Shown here: in pieces, positions 1 through 13,300 of the stretch
Layout of the letters: every line of letters begins with the position of its first letter
Position numbering within the stretch: the first letter of the stretch is position 1
Assembly: GCA_963924565.1 (NCBI GenBank)
Contig: OZ004607.1
Location: forward strand, 25,110,001-25,174,000
Direction: 5' to 3'
Length of the DNA: 64,000 nucleotides
Source of the DNA: Ascidiella aspersa
Lineage: Eukaryota
Notes under the pieces: model-generated
The model's database searches: none
Told to the model about the DNA's origin: nothing
Seen by the model: only the letters and a program-made list of their open reading frames with translations
Program-made: the position numbers and the translations under genes

Positions 1-545
1 AAAATATCTTTAAGTTGGGGCTCAACAATAATTGTTTAGGTTTAAATTGTTCAACCGCCATGTAAATCGCAACTTTTTAGGGGCACGTATTTTCTCTAGG
101 GGAGCGCCGTTCCGCAAATTTGGCACATTTTAAGCATAGCGACAAAATAGGACGAAACCAATAAGGAAATTATTCTAGGTTTAACCTGTGATTAATTATG
201 ATACAATCTGTTGAGATTTTACTTTTATGAGGTTTCTTTCGCCAGTCGTATATTGATCTAAAAACTTCTGGGCCTAAATATTTGTAAAGTTCCAATTCTC
301 CCTTCGATTGTTATGCATAGATAATGATCGTTACGCCGAGGTCGTGATCGGTTACTGGCGTCAGGTTTAATTCGGCCTAACTGTTAAATACTTATGTATT
401 ATCTGCCATAAATATAAAATGTTGATGTCGTCAAACCAAACATAGTCAGTTGACATGAGCGTAAATATATTACATTTTTTCATATGGCGTTTTTCCGCCA
501 ACAGTTGCTAAGAATTAGGGAAAAAGTATAGGCTGTGGTATGAAC

Positions 546-1039
546 CAGTTTTTCCCAAACTTTTTTTGTCGCGATCCTCTTTTTATTTTTTTACATCTTT
601 GCGCCCCTCGATCGATTGACCAGACTACAAATATTTATAATTCGGCAAAATGTTTACATTTCTAGACAGTTTGTTTTAAGTTTGGCGAGAACGTGCGGAT
701 TTTGCCAAAACATGCACGAGTAACTAAATTATTAAGGTTTATTTGCGTCATATAACTTTTTGGTTCCTATAAGAAGAAAGAAGAAAATGTTTTGTGCACT
801 TATGTAGGAACAATGGAAGATTGTCTTACTCGTAAAGTAACTTGAATAAACCACGAAACTAAAGTAAAAATACAGATTTGGGAACAGTTCAATGTTCAAT
901 GTGTGTGCTCACGTTCCCTATACTGCTATTTGTTTAGATTATATGTTTTGTTCATTTCTTTTGGTAATATTTTATTTGAAAAATAGTACACGGCGACCCC
1001 CAAGACAACCTCTTGCGACCCCCATGCGGGGAACCACTC
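546..1039. mobile_element. Non-autonomous hAT (Charlie-like) MITE
   Basis: Imperfect TIRs CAGTTTTTCCCAAAC ... GCGGGGAACCACTC, subterminal GCGACCC motifs, and a near-perfect 8-bp TSD GTATGAAC (538-545) / GTATAAAC (1040-1047). Confidence 0.7.
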
Positions 1040-1342
1040 GTATAAACAGTGCAATATGCCCATTATAAGATAAGTTTTTTGTATTGCGTGTTTTCATACA
1101 AAGCCTCTTGCCATTTGCGTGACGTTTTAGAATTAGATTGCAATACCTAGCTTTGTTTACCACTTAAAGTGTGGCGTGTTTTGGTTGCAACAACACAGTT
1201 TTGTTTCACGGCTATTTTACCGAACGAGCACACAGTCTCGACCACCCGAAATACAACGTAAAACGTCAATGCTTCTCCCACGCGACCGCCTGGCCTATGG
1301 TCGCACGTCTATCGGGTGCCAAGTGCTGTTTGTGGTTTTCAG

Positions 1343-4300
1343 CACCCGTCGCATCCGGATACCATCATCACCTGCAGGTCGTACGACTCACAAACCAACA
1401 CTTACGCGGCCGACGGCGTCCTTATCGAGATAAAAGAGCCCGGTCGGCAGTGGAGAATTTCCTACCACGGTTTGATGAGGTATACTTGTTGCGTTTGATA
1501 GCCGGCTTATCGGTGTAGCTGTCGTCTTTATGGAATTGCCCGTGACCCGATTTGAAATATCCCCACAACTTATTTCGCATAGAACTGATTTAAAAATAAA
1601 TTAACTGAAATTATTTTAATATATGTTATTACAGATTATTTTTTGACGTGGTATTGTTGATTGAAACCAGACTTAAAATATTGCCCTATTTTAAATCGAA
1701 CTAATCTAAACATTTACGAACAAGTTTGTATCACATCTTTCTTGGTCCTTAAGGGGCGGCATTTGCGTCCAGTTTACATATACACATACCCTACGTCAGC
1801 TGATGCACTCTACCGTGGCCGAAATGTTTGGCATGTAAACTAAAATTGTGCCTTGAAAGGTTCGGGATCCCTTCACCTGAAGGGCACCAATTATTGCCGT
1901 CAATGTGTTATTGTTACTATTTTTTGAACTTGATGTTGTTCTATTTTTATCAACGAGCGTGATTGAATGTAAAGTCTTAATCCTAACTTACTATCTTTTC
2001 AAACCTATTTTGTTTGTTAATCGGCAGTTATATATATTTTCTCGTTCGTGACTATTTGTCGGTTATTTTTATTCTTATCTCACTAATGCACGTGTTTGTT
2101 TTTAGAATGGCAAACACGATGAAAGAACCCTCGCGATGGTGCGACGGAAAGAACCTCGTCTATGTAAAGTTCGGATTCACGTGAGTTGCCCCAAGTGGCT
2201 GATGTGTAACATTTAACGATCTGCTTTATGGAAACTCCCTACTTACCCCCGCTTGGGTGACAAAAAAACGCGTAAATATTTTTGACTTGTTATTTCTTCG
2301 AAAAGGCTTTAAGCTTTTCCAACAATAGATTCCAAATAATAAGTACTCGCGCTAGGTATTTTGTTTCTAAAATTACGTAATAGATTACTTAAAGTCTAGA
2401 TCAATTTATAGCTGGACGTCGTATTCTGCTTGCTACGATTTAACCAACAACATCGACCCGCATATTTTGTCCGAGGCAACCGCCCGCGAATCGTGGTCTT
2501 ACAACTTCTTCCACAAGTTGCAAACGTAAGTCTCTTTTAAAGATTTAATTACGACGATTAAAAGTGATTTGCTGATTAAAATAAGGGATTTGTATTTACC
2601 CCTTCGATCGTTGTTTATATGCAATTTTTGTTTATATGCAAACATTTCAACTAACCAACTTGATCTTAGCAATATGAATGCACCAACTGCATATGAGTAA
2701 TATATACATAGACGTACCTTGTAATAAATACAGTATATAGAATTCTTAAAACCTTGTAACATAGACCATTTCGCAGTTTTCGGCTCACCCACACCAACTA
2801 CGAGCAGTGGGGTCAGCTGCGGGGCACCTTGTACGTCGACGGGATGGAGGAAGGACCCATGGGGCGAGAATTAACCCTGAGAGGAGCCAGGAGTCACTCG
2901 TTCGGGCTCATTAACTACAGCGCTTATCACAGATACATCAGGGTGCACGCGCACACTCGGAACGGATTAACTATCAGCTTGACGGCGGTGTGCATTAGCG
3001 ACATATTAACACAGTGAGTCAAATTTCGAATTTTCGACAGAACGACATCAACCAATATATCAAACAGATTTAAATAAGCGAAATGTTTTCCTAAATATTT
3101 GGTCACTCATTTAGGTAACTTTCATTCTCGTGGCTTTAGGATCATAGCCGTAAGTTTTTATTTAATTTCAACATACAAATATTAGTAATTGATATTTTAT
3201 TTCGGAAAAGCTACCAAAAAAGTTAATCTATCCGATTGTTAAGCAATGATAAACATCCGTGTTTGTGCAATATCCACCCTGCGGCACCGTTTATCCACAT
3301 AAAGCGTGCACTTGTCGGTGTCAGCTGATGGATTGTATATTGTACAGTGGTCGTCTACCTGAATATTATGGCGGTCAGATTAAAATCAATGTTCTTAGCA
3401 GATGTGGTTTTATAGGCGCCTCTTCATTGGGTAATAGCTAGGCTAATCTACGTCCTTCAACTGCTTCTCTGGATTGCTTGGGGCCATAATTTTCCAAACA
3501 TGCGTAAATTTGAACTATGAAGACTGATAACGACGGTCTTAAAATTGTAACGTGTAGGCACTTTTCCGTTGCAGCGTGACGAGCGGTTATGTGGTGCTGC
3601 CCAATCGTACGTTGGAAACTATTACTTGGACCGATTTGTCCCTTAGACGACACGGTGAAAACGGATGTCTGCCAAACCTTATTCAGTTCAACCTTACCAC
3701 TGGTAATTTTGTGTATGATAATCGTTTCATTAGCAACTTATGTTTTAGTGTTGCAGTGACTTTATCCACATTTAAATATATTGCTACTTTGTCGAAGATA
3801 TTAAAGTTTTTAATTAATCGACTTTACAACAATGTTCGATAAAACTCGAAATAAGTCATCACGACGTTTTTCTTTTGTTATTCTTTTGTCAAGTTGATCT
3901 CCTATTTCGGCGTTCACTTTTCTCGGTTTTAGGGCATTAGTCATACAAAAACAAACATGTACAAAACGCTCTTTGTTCTGAACTGTTCGACCCGGGACCC
4001 GAGCTCTTACAACAACAAAATAATCGTTTTACATTTTTAAAACGTTTAAAGTGAAGTTTACACTGAGTCATACGTGACAAGTTGGCAAAGTTTAGTCATA
4101 CATAACGAAAAACTTGATGAAAAATTAGATACTTGAAGAAGATGTATCTATGTTGTAGAGCAGTGTTTCTCAATTTATAAGTCGCGACCCAATTTTATGT
4201 CGCTGTTTGATTTGGTTGGGTCGCCGACTGCAGTAGTTCTAGGCGGATAGATTTTTTGAAATTGATTCCGGTCAAGATGTCTTTAAAATTTGAGAAAACT

Positions 4301-7300
4301 TCGGTTCAAGTACGATGAAAAGCTCATAATAATTAAATTCGAATTTATTCATGTTATTTGTCTTTTATTGTGTTCGCCCACAAAAATTTAAGTGACAAAA
4401 ACTAGGTCGCCAAACTTTCGTAGTTATACTTACTTACTCTTAATATTTGGGTATCCGCGATAAAATCTCCTATTTTTTTTTATCTCCTTTTTTTCTTATT
4501 GTGATTTTACTTCGTGTCTTGTTGGCTTTGTGTGTCAGTCCCTGACGAAGGCTTGCCGGATAGTAAGCCGAAACGTTGGTAGAAAATAATATATATTGCC
4601 AGAGGAACCTGTTTTAAATATACTATGCCTGGTAGCAACAGCATATTTATCCGCGATAAAAGTTTGAAAAACATTGTTGTAGAGAAACAATAAATTTTCT
4701 TGCTGTTTTCGACACTGTTTTTTGTTGTATTTAAAAAAAAACATTTGTTAGGCGCTTTGTCTTGGTTTTGAGCTTGAAAACGTTCCCCAAGCAATGCTGC
4801 ATTTCGTTAATTAATATTCGCATGATGTATTATACTACATTGCAGCCACCCAGAAGTGCAATGTGGTGTGCCTGGTCGGTCTATCGCCCGAGATCAACAA
4901 CGGTTCAGAGTGGGAGGGGAGGACACACAACTGCCTCGCCGATGTTTATGTCAACTCTGTGGAGGGGAGGGGAACTGTGGAGTTCTACTACAGGTTCGTG
5001 GATATTATGCCACCATGTATCTGTTAAGTGGTTGCGACGTGTCCAATGTTTTTGGTTTTTGCTGTGGAAACGGTAGTGCTAAATCACAACATTTGGTCGG
5101 CGCAGTTTGGCTTACAGTATATTCGCCTTATTTGTTTTTGTCGACTGGTAACAACAACTCTCCTCTGCAACGTTTGGAAAGTGACAGACTAACTTAATCA
5201 GACTTTAATCTACTTTGTAATATTCTTTATTGCTCAATATTAAATTTTCAAGCAGACTGAAATGCAACTGATTTTCGACTATAATTTGCGCGTTGAATGT
5301 CCTGTATGTCCTATCTTGCGCTTCCTGTACTAGTACATCGGCGCTCTTTTTGCCACAGGCGATGATTTTAAGCACCAATTAAACTCTCGACCTCAACTTG
5401 ACCTAAAAGCGGTCATACAAAGACTCTTTTTAAAGAGGGCATAAAAAATACGCCTTAACTTAAAAATATTATATTATTTTTTACGCAGATCCAAATTATT
5501 AAACTTCTTAGATTTCTTATCTGTAAAAACCTTTAGTCACCATACGATGCAACTCAAACTACATTATACAGTAGAAATCTGCTGTCAAAATCGCAATATC
5601 CCACTTATGTTTTGACGCGTCACGGTTAACCAAATGTGAAGAGGCAATGATTTATGAGATCTTCCAGACTGGTTAAACGTCGTGCGGTTTGTACGCCACA
5701 CTACTGGTTTCTCTTTCCAATTGTTACTAAATGTTCAGTTAATGCAATAAATAATATTGAAATTTAACGATCGTCAGAACACCATCTATTGTTTGCCCAA
5801 TCGAACGCACGAAGAAGCCTTCACCATTCGCCTTTAAATTTCCTTCGACCGACTCTACCAAACTTGCTCTTTGTTTGAACGAAGAAAGCTGCCAAAACCC
5901 GCAGTTCGTCGGCGAGTCGGGATCACAACTCGCCAAAATCAAATCTATCATCCACAACCACAACCTTTCCCAGGTATGGTATATGCAGTGTTGTAAACAA
6001 GTCATTTCGGAATGACTGAAGACCCAGTCAAGTCATTTATAAAACAACTTAAGTTCTTGTCAAGTCTTTTTGAATAAATAACAAGTCAAGTCCCGGTCAA
6101 GTCCTTATCAAATCAAGTCAATTCCAAGTCAACTTGTTCTAATAACAATTACATGTTAAGTTGTTGAAATTGGGTAAACTTTGTCTGATTACGAGCAATA
6201 CCTTGACAAAAAATAACAAAAACGCAATATACGCCAAGCAAATTGTTTGATAAATAACCCAATTTTACAAAAAATTGCTGAATGAAACACTTAATTTTAA
6301 CCCAAGTCATTTGTCTAAAAGACTTAAATCAAGTCAAGTAATTGTGTCCAAACACTCAAGCATTTGTTAACAGTGACTTCCAATTTCGAGTTTCAGCAAT
6401 AAGAAAGATACCTTTCCGATATTTTAACGAAAGTCAGGTTAAAATCAAACGTTATTTACAGTTTTATGTGATGGACGGATTCTGCGTTTCTGCACATGCA
6501 TTTTGCTTACATGTTGAGGTAAGTCGCTTTTGTGACTATTACAACAATGCAAGTGCAATATTTGTAACCGTATGGGATCGAATTTATTTTAAACGCGTTA
6601 CATGTTTCAGGGTAACAGCGAAGTTAAAGAACTACTTGAGACCATGCAGGTCGTACTGAGGTGAGATCGTATTAAACATTTAGATTTATTATTAAAACGC
6701 TGTTATTTAAAACTATTCATTATTTTTACCAGGAGCAATAACAGCGAAGATTTGAGGAACATTTGCAACAGGTACGGTATACTATGCATAAACAATGTTA
6801 CGCCGTAAGTGATTTGTACTGTTAATTGCTGACGTGAAACAATACTAACATGTGGTTCGCCTATACAGCTTTATTTATTCATATATTTCTTAACTTTTAG
6901 ATGTTACTCGGCCTTTATCAATTCAACCTTTTCCGGGTCTCTCGCATCGGAGCTTGCTTCTAAGTTTAACAATCTGTCAAATATTAGTCGGCGGATGGCC
7001 CTCAAATTGGTTGTGTCTTCGTCGTTGGTTGGGGAAAGTTCCTTATGTGGTGACGAGTCGCAAAAAACTTCTTATAGCGATTTGACCAACCTTAGTCAGG
7101 TAAATTGAGCCTAATCTTTTTTTTTAACGGATTATTTGTGGTGTTGTGGTATTTGTTTACGAACTGTTGCTACTTAGGTCATGAAAAGCATTCTGAAGTG
7201 CTGGGCAAACCAATGTGCGTACGAAGCGGTTCAGTTTCGAAGGTAAAAACAATACTAGAGTTAGAATAAATTAAAGAGATTTTCGAAACGTTCGAAATGT

Positions 7301-10300
7301 TACGTACTTCTATATGGGATTTAGTTTTCCTGCTATGCTGACTAAAACCTTTAACCGTTATGCTCCAGAATTAGAATGTTTTAGAGCAATTTAACGTCGC
7401 GAATTTTATCGTCAAAACAAGTAACTTTAAAAAGAGTAAGACCAGAAATGTACGTTCTGCAGACAAAATTGCTATCCTGCCCTTCCCGCGGTACCCGTGT
7501 TAGTGCATGCGATGGTCGAAGATCCAAGAGCTTCGGGAGTTATAACCACTTGCGATCCCAACAGTGGTGATCCAACCGTTCTCTACTTAGACGCAAACTA
7601 CGTTGTTAAGAAGGTAAAATGAAAGTCAAAACATATTTTTTTACCGTAAAGCATAGTTTTCGAATTTTTTTTGTTTTTATTTGGTATTGGATCTAATTTA
7701 AAAACATAAAAGCGGCGTAAACAATTATTTTTGATATTAATAATTTTATTCTTCCCCCAAAGTTATAAACTAGGTATTTATTTTAACTGTGTCTCACAGG
7801 TTACTGCGGTAGATCAATCTCAACCAGATCGGATGGTATTGCGACGAAGTGACGACGGGTCGTTTCGAATCGTCTCGCAAAGCATTGGATTAAAACAAAA
7901 GATCACCAAGAATGGTAAAACCAAGATTTCAATCTCGTAGAACGTGACATGTGAATCATGTTTTTGTTAAGTTATTTCCGTAATACCCGGCTGACTGTTC
8001 CAAAAGTAATACAATGTCGTCTTTGTGTAGTTTAGTATAGATGTTATATATAAACAGCTATAGTATACTAAACTTGTCACATAGATTTAAGCTCCTAAAT
8101 TCAAAAAAGGATACATTCTAATTTTAATTGCAGATACTTGTTTGTCATACCGGATATGTTTGACAACTATCCTTAAGTTTAAAACCTTAGCGGGAAATTA
8201 CAAAAGGTTTATAACAATGGCAAATTTAAGTGTTTCATTTGTGCAGGTCAGTCAGGACAAGTAACTCCCAGTGACTTTTCAGTGGAGTATGTACATGAAT
8301 GTTGTCTGTCTTACGATAACGTGCAGCGGTTGGGGCAGTTGGCGCTCGACCTCAAAAGCGCGTTTCGTCAGGATAGAGAAATGTGCTGGACTACGACACC
8401 GGGAAAGGTGAAGCGGTTTTGTTTGGTTCCAAAAACTATGACGGTATATTTGTTGAGGGCGATTGCATTTTTACTAAATTTGTGGCCCAAAACCAAATTC
8501 ATCAGTTTTTTAAATTCTATATTGTCAAATTAACAAAATAATTTTTGGTAAAATAATTAATAAAGTACCGTAACATCCTAAATGTTTGTCTTGTAGTATA
8601 TGCAAACATTTGCTAGTATTAAAAAAGTTGTTCCGTGCCTTACTTTACTGCAAATATTACGTATATGTTATTATAGATTTCTCCCAATGTGTTGCAGGAA
8701 TCGTTAAGTTATTTTTTGTTAAGGAATGTGTTATCTTTTTTAACAAATTTAACAATTATAATATTTGACGATGACAGATTTACCTGACTCGAGTTTGTCG
8801 CATGTCGGCCGACTACACGGAGTCCGAGTACGAAAGTCTTCACGAGTTCGACTCGGCCTACTCGCTTGACGCTACTCGCACGAGTACAGAACAAATTGGG
8901 TAAATTATGACGTTTTGGCCAATTAGTACAAAATAAAATTATAATCCTACATAAACTCGGTTCCTTAAACTTTAATTATTATTATTTTTGTTGAAAAGCT
9001 GTCTGTGAGATGCAAATATTATTGACCGTAAGTTCTACACGTATTCGCCATTTTGGTATACTTATATTTTATTTATTTTTGGTATATTTATTTTTTACAG
9101 GGATGTTTTACCTGAGATTTCTACTCCATTGACGATTTCAACAGTTGTCTGGTCAACCGCCCTTTCCTTAAAGGTTTGTAATCTTCTTATTGTGTCAGCA
9201 CAGAAGAAAGAAACTAAATTATTATTGTGAACTAAATTATTGCGATTTTTGTTTAGGATGTCGATTGTATCGGAAACTCAAGCGAAAGCGAAGGGATGGT
9301 TGCCAGCGTTGCTTGTGGAAGAAGCATGATTAACGTACATGTACGGGAGAGTAGTTACATTTGATCAATGCTAAAAGTAACGATACGTAAATCACAAATA
9401 GCGATTTGGATAAATAGTTGATTGTAGGTGGGCATTACGTTTGTATTTTAAATGTTTTATACAGGATATGCTCCCACCATCTAACATCTCCAGCTTCCTC
9501 GGAGTCGACACAACTGGCTTAATTAGCAAGTTGAGCGAAGAACAGATAACCGATTATCACGGAACAAGTCTTTCAATACTTCAACGATTGCAAAACAAAC
9601 TATCTTACGTGGTAAATATTTTACGTTTCGTTACAATCAACGACATGATTGATATCCAGGCACAGTAATGAATCTTGGTACCCAGGTGTACGGCACAATA
9701 TTTTTTAAACATCTCTAACGAAACGAACGTTATCATAAATTCATGTCCAAAGGTATTCCTGTAATGTTGTAAGCTATCAATAAACTAGGTATATCAGTCC
9801 ATGTCAAATATATTTTAAATTATTTGTTTCCAGTCAGTGAGGCGTAATTGCTGTGTTTTACTCAACAAACGAAGGTTCTTTGCATATCTAAGGATTAGAA
9901 TTGCACAATCGAACGGTACAATAAATTGCTCCATTCCAAATATTCGACGTTCCTGGATGCAATGCGCCATAGAATAGACTCAACCATATTAAATCAATTT
10001 ATTCCTGTCAAAGCAACAACCCGTCAATCGTTTGCTTAACTTTTATAACATAAATTGTGCAATAGGCTATATACTAACTTTTAAATATATTTAAATCTGG
10101 TTAGTAAATCATTTTTGCCTTGCAATATTGCAATCAATAAACAATAAAGCAATATAATTTTTTTACAACGCAGTTTAAGATAAAATCATCCAAGAAGCAT
10201 CCGCACTTGTTGATGAACAAAATCACGACGCTCAAGCCGACCGAAATTGCCAGTGCTCGTGGCGAGTACAGCAGCATCGCCGATTCTATACTGCCATGCC

Positions 10301-13300
10301 TCCGTGACGTCACGAGATGTTACGTCATCGCGTGTAGGAAATTTTACCTTCTCGAGGAGGTTTTAAAGGTCGTCCTATCCGGTCACAGGAAACCAGGTAA
10401 CGTGGGTTACCTAAAGGTAATCTGGTCAAGCGTATACCTATATCAGCAATATCATTACATTTGTACGCTAATCCGATTTACGAAAGTAGCCTAATTGGCA
10501 GTTTGCTACGGACTGCAATTACTCTACCCCTCATCTGTTTTTCAGCCAGAAATAACCCTCATTTATTTTTAGCCAGTAATTGACCTTGAGAAAAACATTA
10601 TACAGGAGACACTTAATCTGATAATCGACTTTACCCACCTAGAAGTGTGAAATGTTGAAGTGTTTTGTGATCTAATATGTATTGAGGTTTTAGTAATTTG
10701 TAATTTGGTTTTTGTAATTATACTAATAACAATGGTAAGCGTAAAGCATAAGCATATAAGTATGAACTTGATTCTAATTTTAAATCACGAAAATTAATTT
10801 ATTTTAACCTTGCTACCACTTACTTCAACTATGATTATACGTTGGCGCTCGCGGCGATTCTAATTCCACCTGTCTGCTTGTGACGTAGCTATGACGCCGG
10901 CGTTGTCCCAAGACCTTGGGATGATCTTGTGCGCACCGGATGGAAACGCACCCGTTACTATCGCAAATTACATTCAAAGTTTGTCGGAAGCGATCGTTGA
11001 CGCGGGGTTTAAAGAGGAGTTTGTGGCAATGAAGCCTTTGGTGAGTTGAAAGTATAGATCAAATCTGGCGTTTAAAATGTTTGAAAAATATTGGGTTTTC
11101 AAATTATGAATAAATTGTCCAAGAAGTTTATTTGATTTTTCATAGCTTTGCAAATGCCTTGTCACTTTATTGTGCCTCTGGTTAATATGTAAAAGGCATT
11201 TATTTACCGATTATACAATATAAAATTATTATGGCGCCCAATATAAGTCTGGCCTTTTTTAATAGAAAATTTACTTTTCATTTTTTAATTGTGTTGTATC
11301 TAACTTATATTTATTGTTACCTATTACGTTTCACGCAAATCCAATTCAGTTTGATATTATCTTGGGTTTGTTCAATATTTTACGACCTGTCTTTTGGGTG
11401 CGTCCAATTTTTGATCGTGACAAACTGGTCCAACTACGCCCATCGATCATAAACATTGTGCTATAATTTTATACCCGTAAGCGTAATGATACGTCATGAC
11501 GTCTTTTGGCAACACAACGATGCTTTTAAGGTCAACTAACTCACCTTCCGGGCTAGATTCGATCATATGATTAACTTAAAAGGTTATGCTGAGCTGCTAT
11601 TTTTGAAAGCACTTTTAAGGAGCCAAAAGAAACACAGCGTGTAATACTAAGCGGTGATAGCTAATGGCGTTTGACTCTTATTTCCTACAAGAAACGAATA
11701 TAACAACTTATGTGTTGATTTACTGTTTGCGAATACAAAATATCGCGCAAGGCGTATTGCAAATTTGGGTGCCATGTTTTTTAAAGAACCTGCTTAAATG
11801 TATGCTGGTTTATTTACGTCCTTATTTACAGAAAGCCGTAAAATGGCTGAACAGCAAAGATTGCGGCAAAAAGGTTAGTGAGTTGTACGGCGACTTTATG
11901 GAAAACCACGGCCACCGATGCTTGGCCGAACTTGAATTACGTGAGCAATCCTGGCAGCAGGACCAGACCAAGGTGGTCACTGCACTGCAGGTTCGATTAA
12001 GCTCGATTTAAACGAATATATTTCTATACCTGGCTAAGCCGTACAATCATCAAGTCCATTGTTAACTGTTGTGAAAGGTACATCAACGTATTACTAAAGA
12101 AGTATCAAAATAAAAAACTCGACTTGAAATAATAAGAAACAGATGTACTTAAACAAAACAAATATTTTTGTAGTGGATAGTCATCTTGCCAAGCTAAGCT
12201 ATTTCTCTAACAAAGTGACATAGGCTACTTTTCATAAAAAAATAATTTGAAGAATAATGTGTTGCATTGGAATTGACAAATCTACGACAAATATATGAAT
12301 TGTCTATGCGTAGAATAGTTACATTTTGAAAACAGTACTTGATCTGGACATCCGTTAAAGCGAGTGCTACTACAATACGTTATTTTTGATAAAGGGATTT
12401 TAATGGTTTTATGTTACCTGATTACTGATTATTCTGCTTAAACTCTATTTTGCGCTTTGATTGGGTGGGGCACCAGGCCATAATCCCCACAACTATATTT
12501 TGTGCCACATTTGAAAATGCCAATGTAATTTTTTGCGCTTCTCTTGTTTGGGATACAAATTAGGTTTCGTACTTTCAAAGTTTCCTCGAGAACAGCAAGT
12601 TTCTTATGATTACTTGTTTTATGATGTCACGTTGCGGCGCAGCTTTGTTACGCCATCTTCAAAATCATTTTAGTGCTTCTCAACAAAAATCCTATCTCCA
12701 CACCTACGATTGTGTATTTTTTGCTATTGGTATGATACACGGGGTATAGGCCGCGCGGCACAGGACAATTGCAAAATTGACGCGTGATAAGTTATGAACC
12801 ACTGGTTTACCAGTTTTTGTGTTTTTGTGTTCAATTTTTTACCAATACAGGTAGACCTATAGTTCCTAAAAATGTTTTTACGTAGGCAACTGTGGAATGC
12901 CAAAGCGAAAGAAGATCAAACATCAATCTGAATGTTGACAGTCTGATCGACAAGCTAAATTCTTCGGTCAACTCCTTTCAAAGGTAGCATAATTATTTTC
13001 TACTAATGTAAAAATATCATCGCCTTTCATTACTAATCATCGCATCGCATTACTTTCGAATCATTGCTTTAGGCTTTAGTTATTCAAGACACTAAACTAA
13101 CTTTTGGTACATTTTCTAATGTTTGCAGCTTTCCTCCCAAAGCGACATATTATTTGATATACAATGTATTTTAATTCAATGTTTTTCACATCACAAGTTT
13201 ATTGTATCATAACAATATGGCTGCTTAATACTGTTTAGATTTCTCCTCCGTTCAATAATCCCCTGGACGCAGAACGCCGTCCGAGAAATGGACTGGAGCA

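Larger units (their letters stand above)
4161..4676. mobile_element. hAT-type MITE interrupted by a nested insertion
   Basis: TIRs CAGTGTTTCTCAA ... TTGAAAAACATTG, GGGTCGC/GCGACCC subterminal motifs, and a perfect 8-bp TSD TTGTAGAG at 4153-4160 and 4677-4684. Confidence 0.85.
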
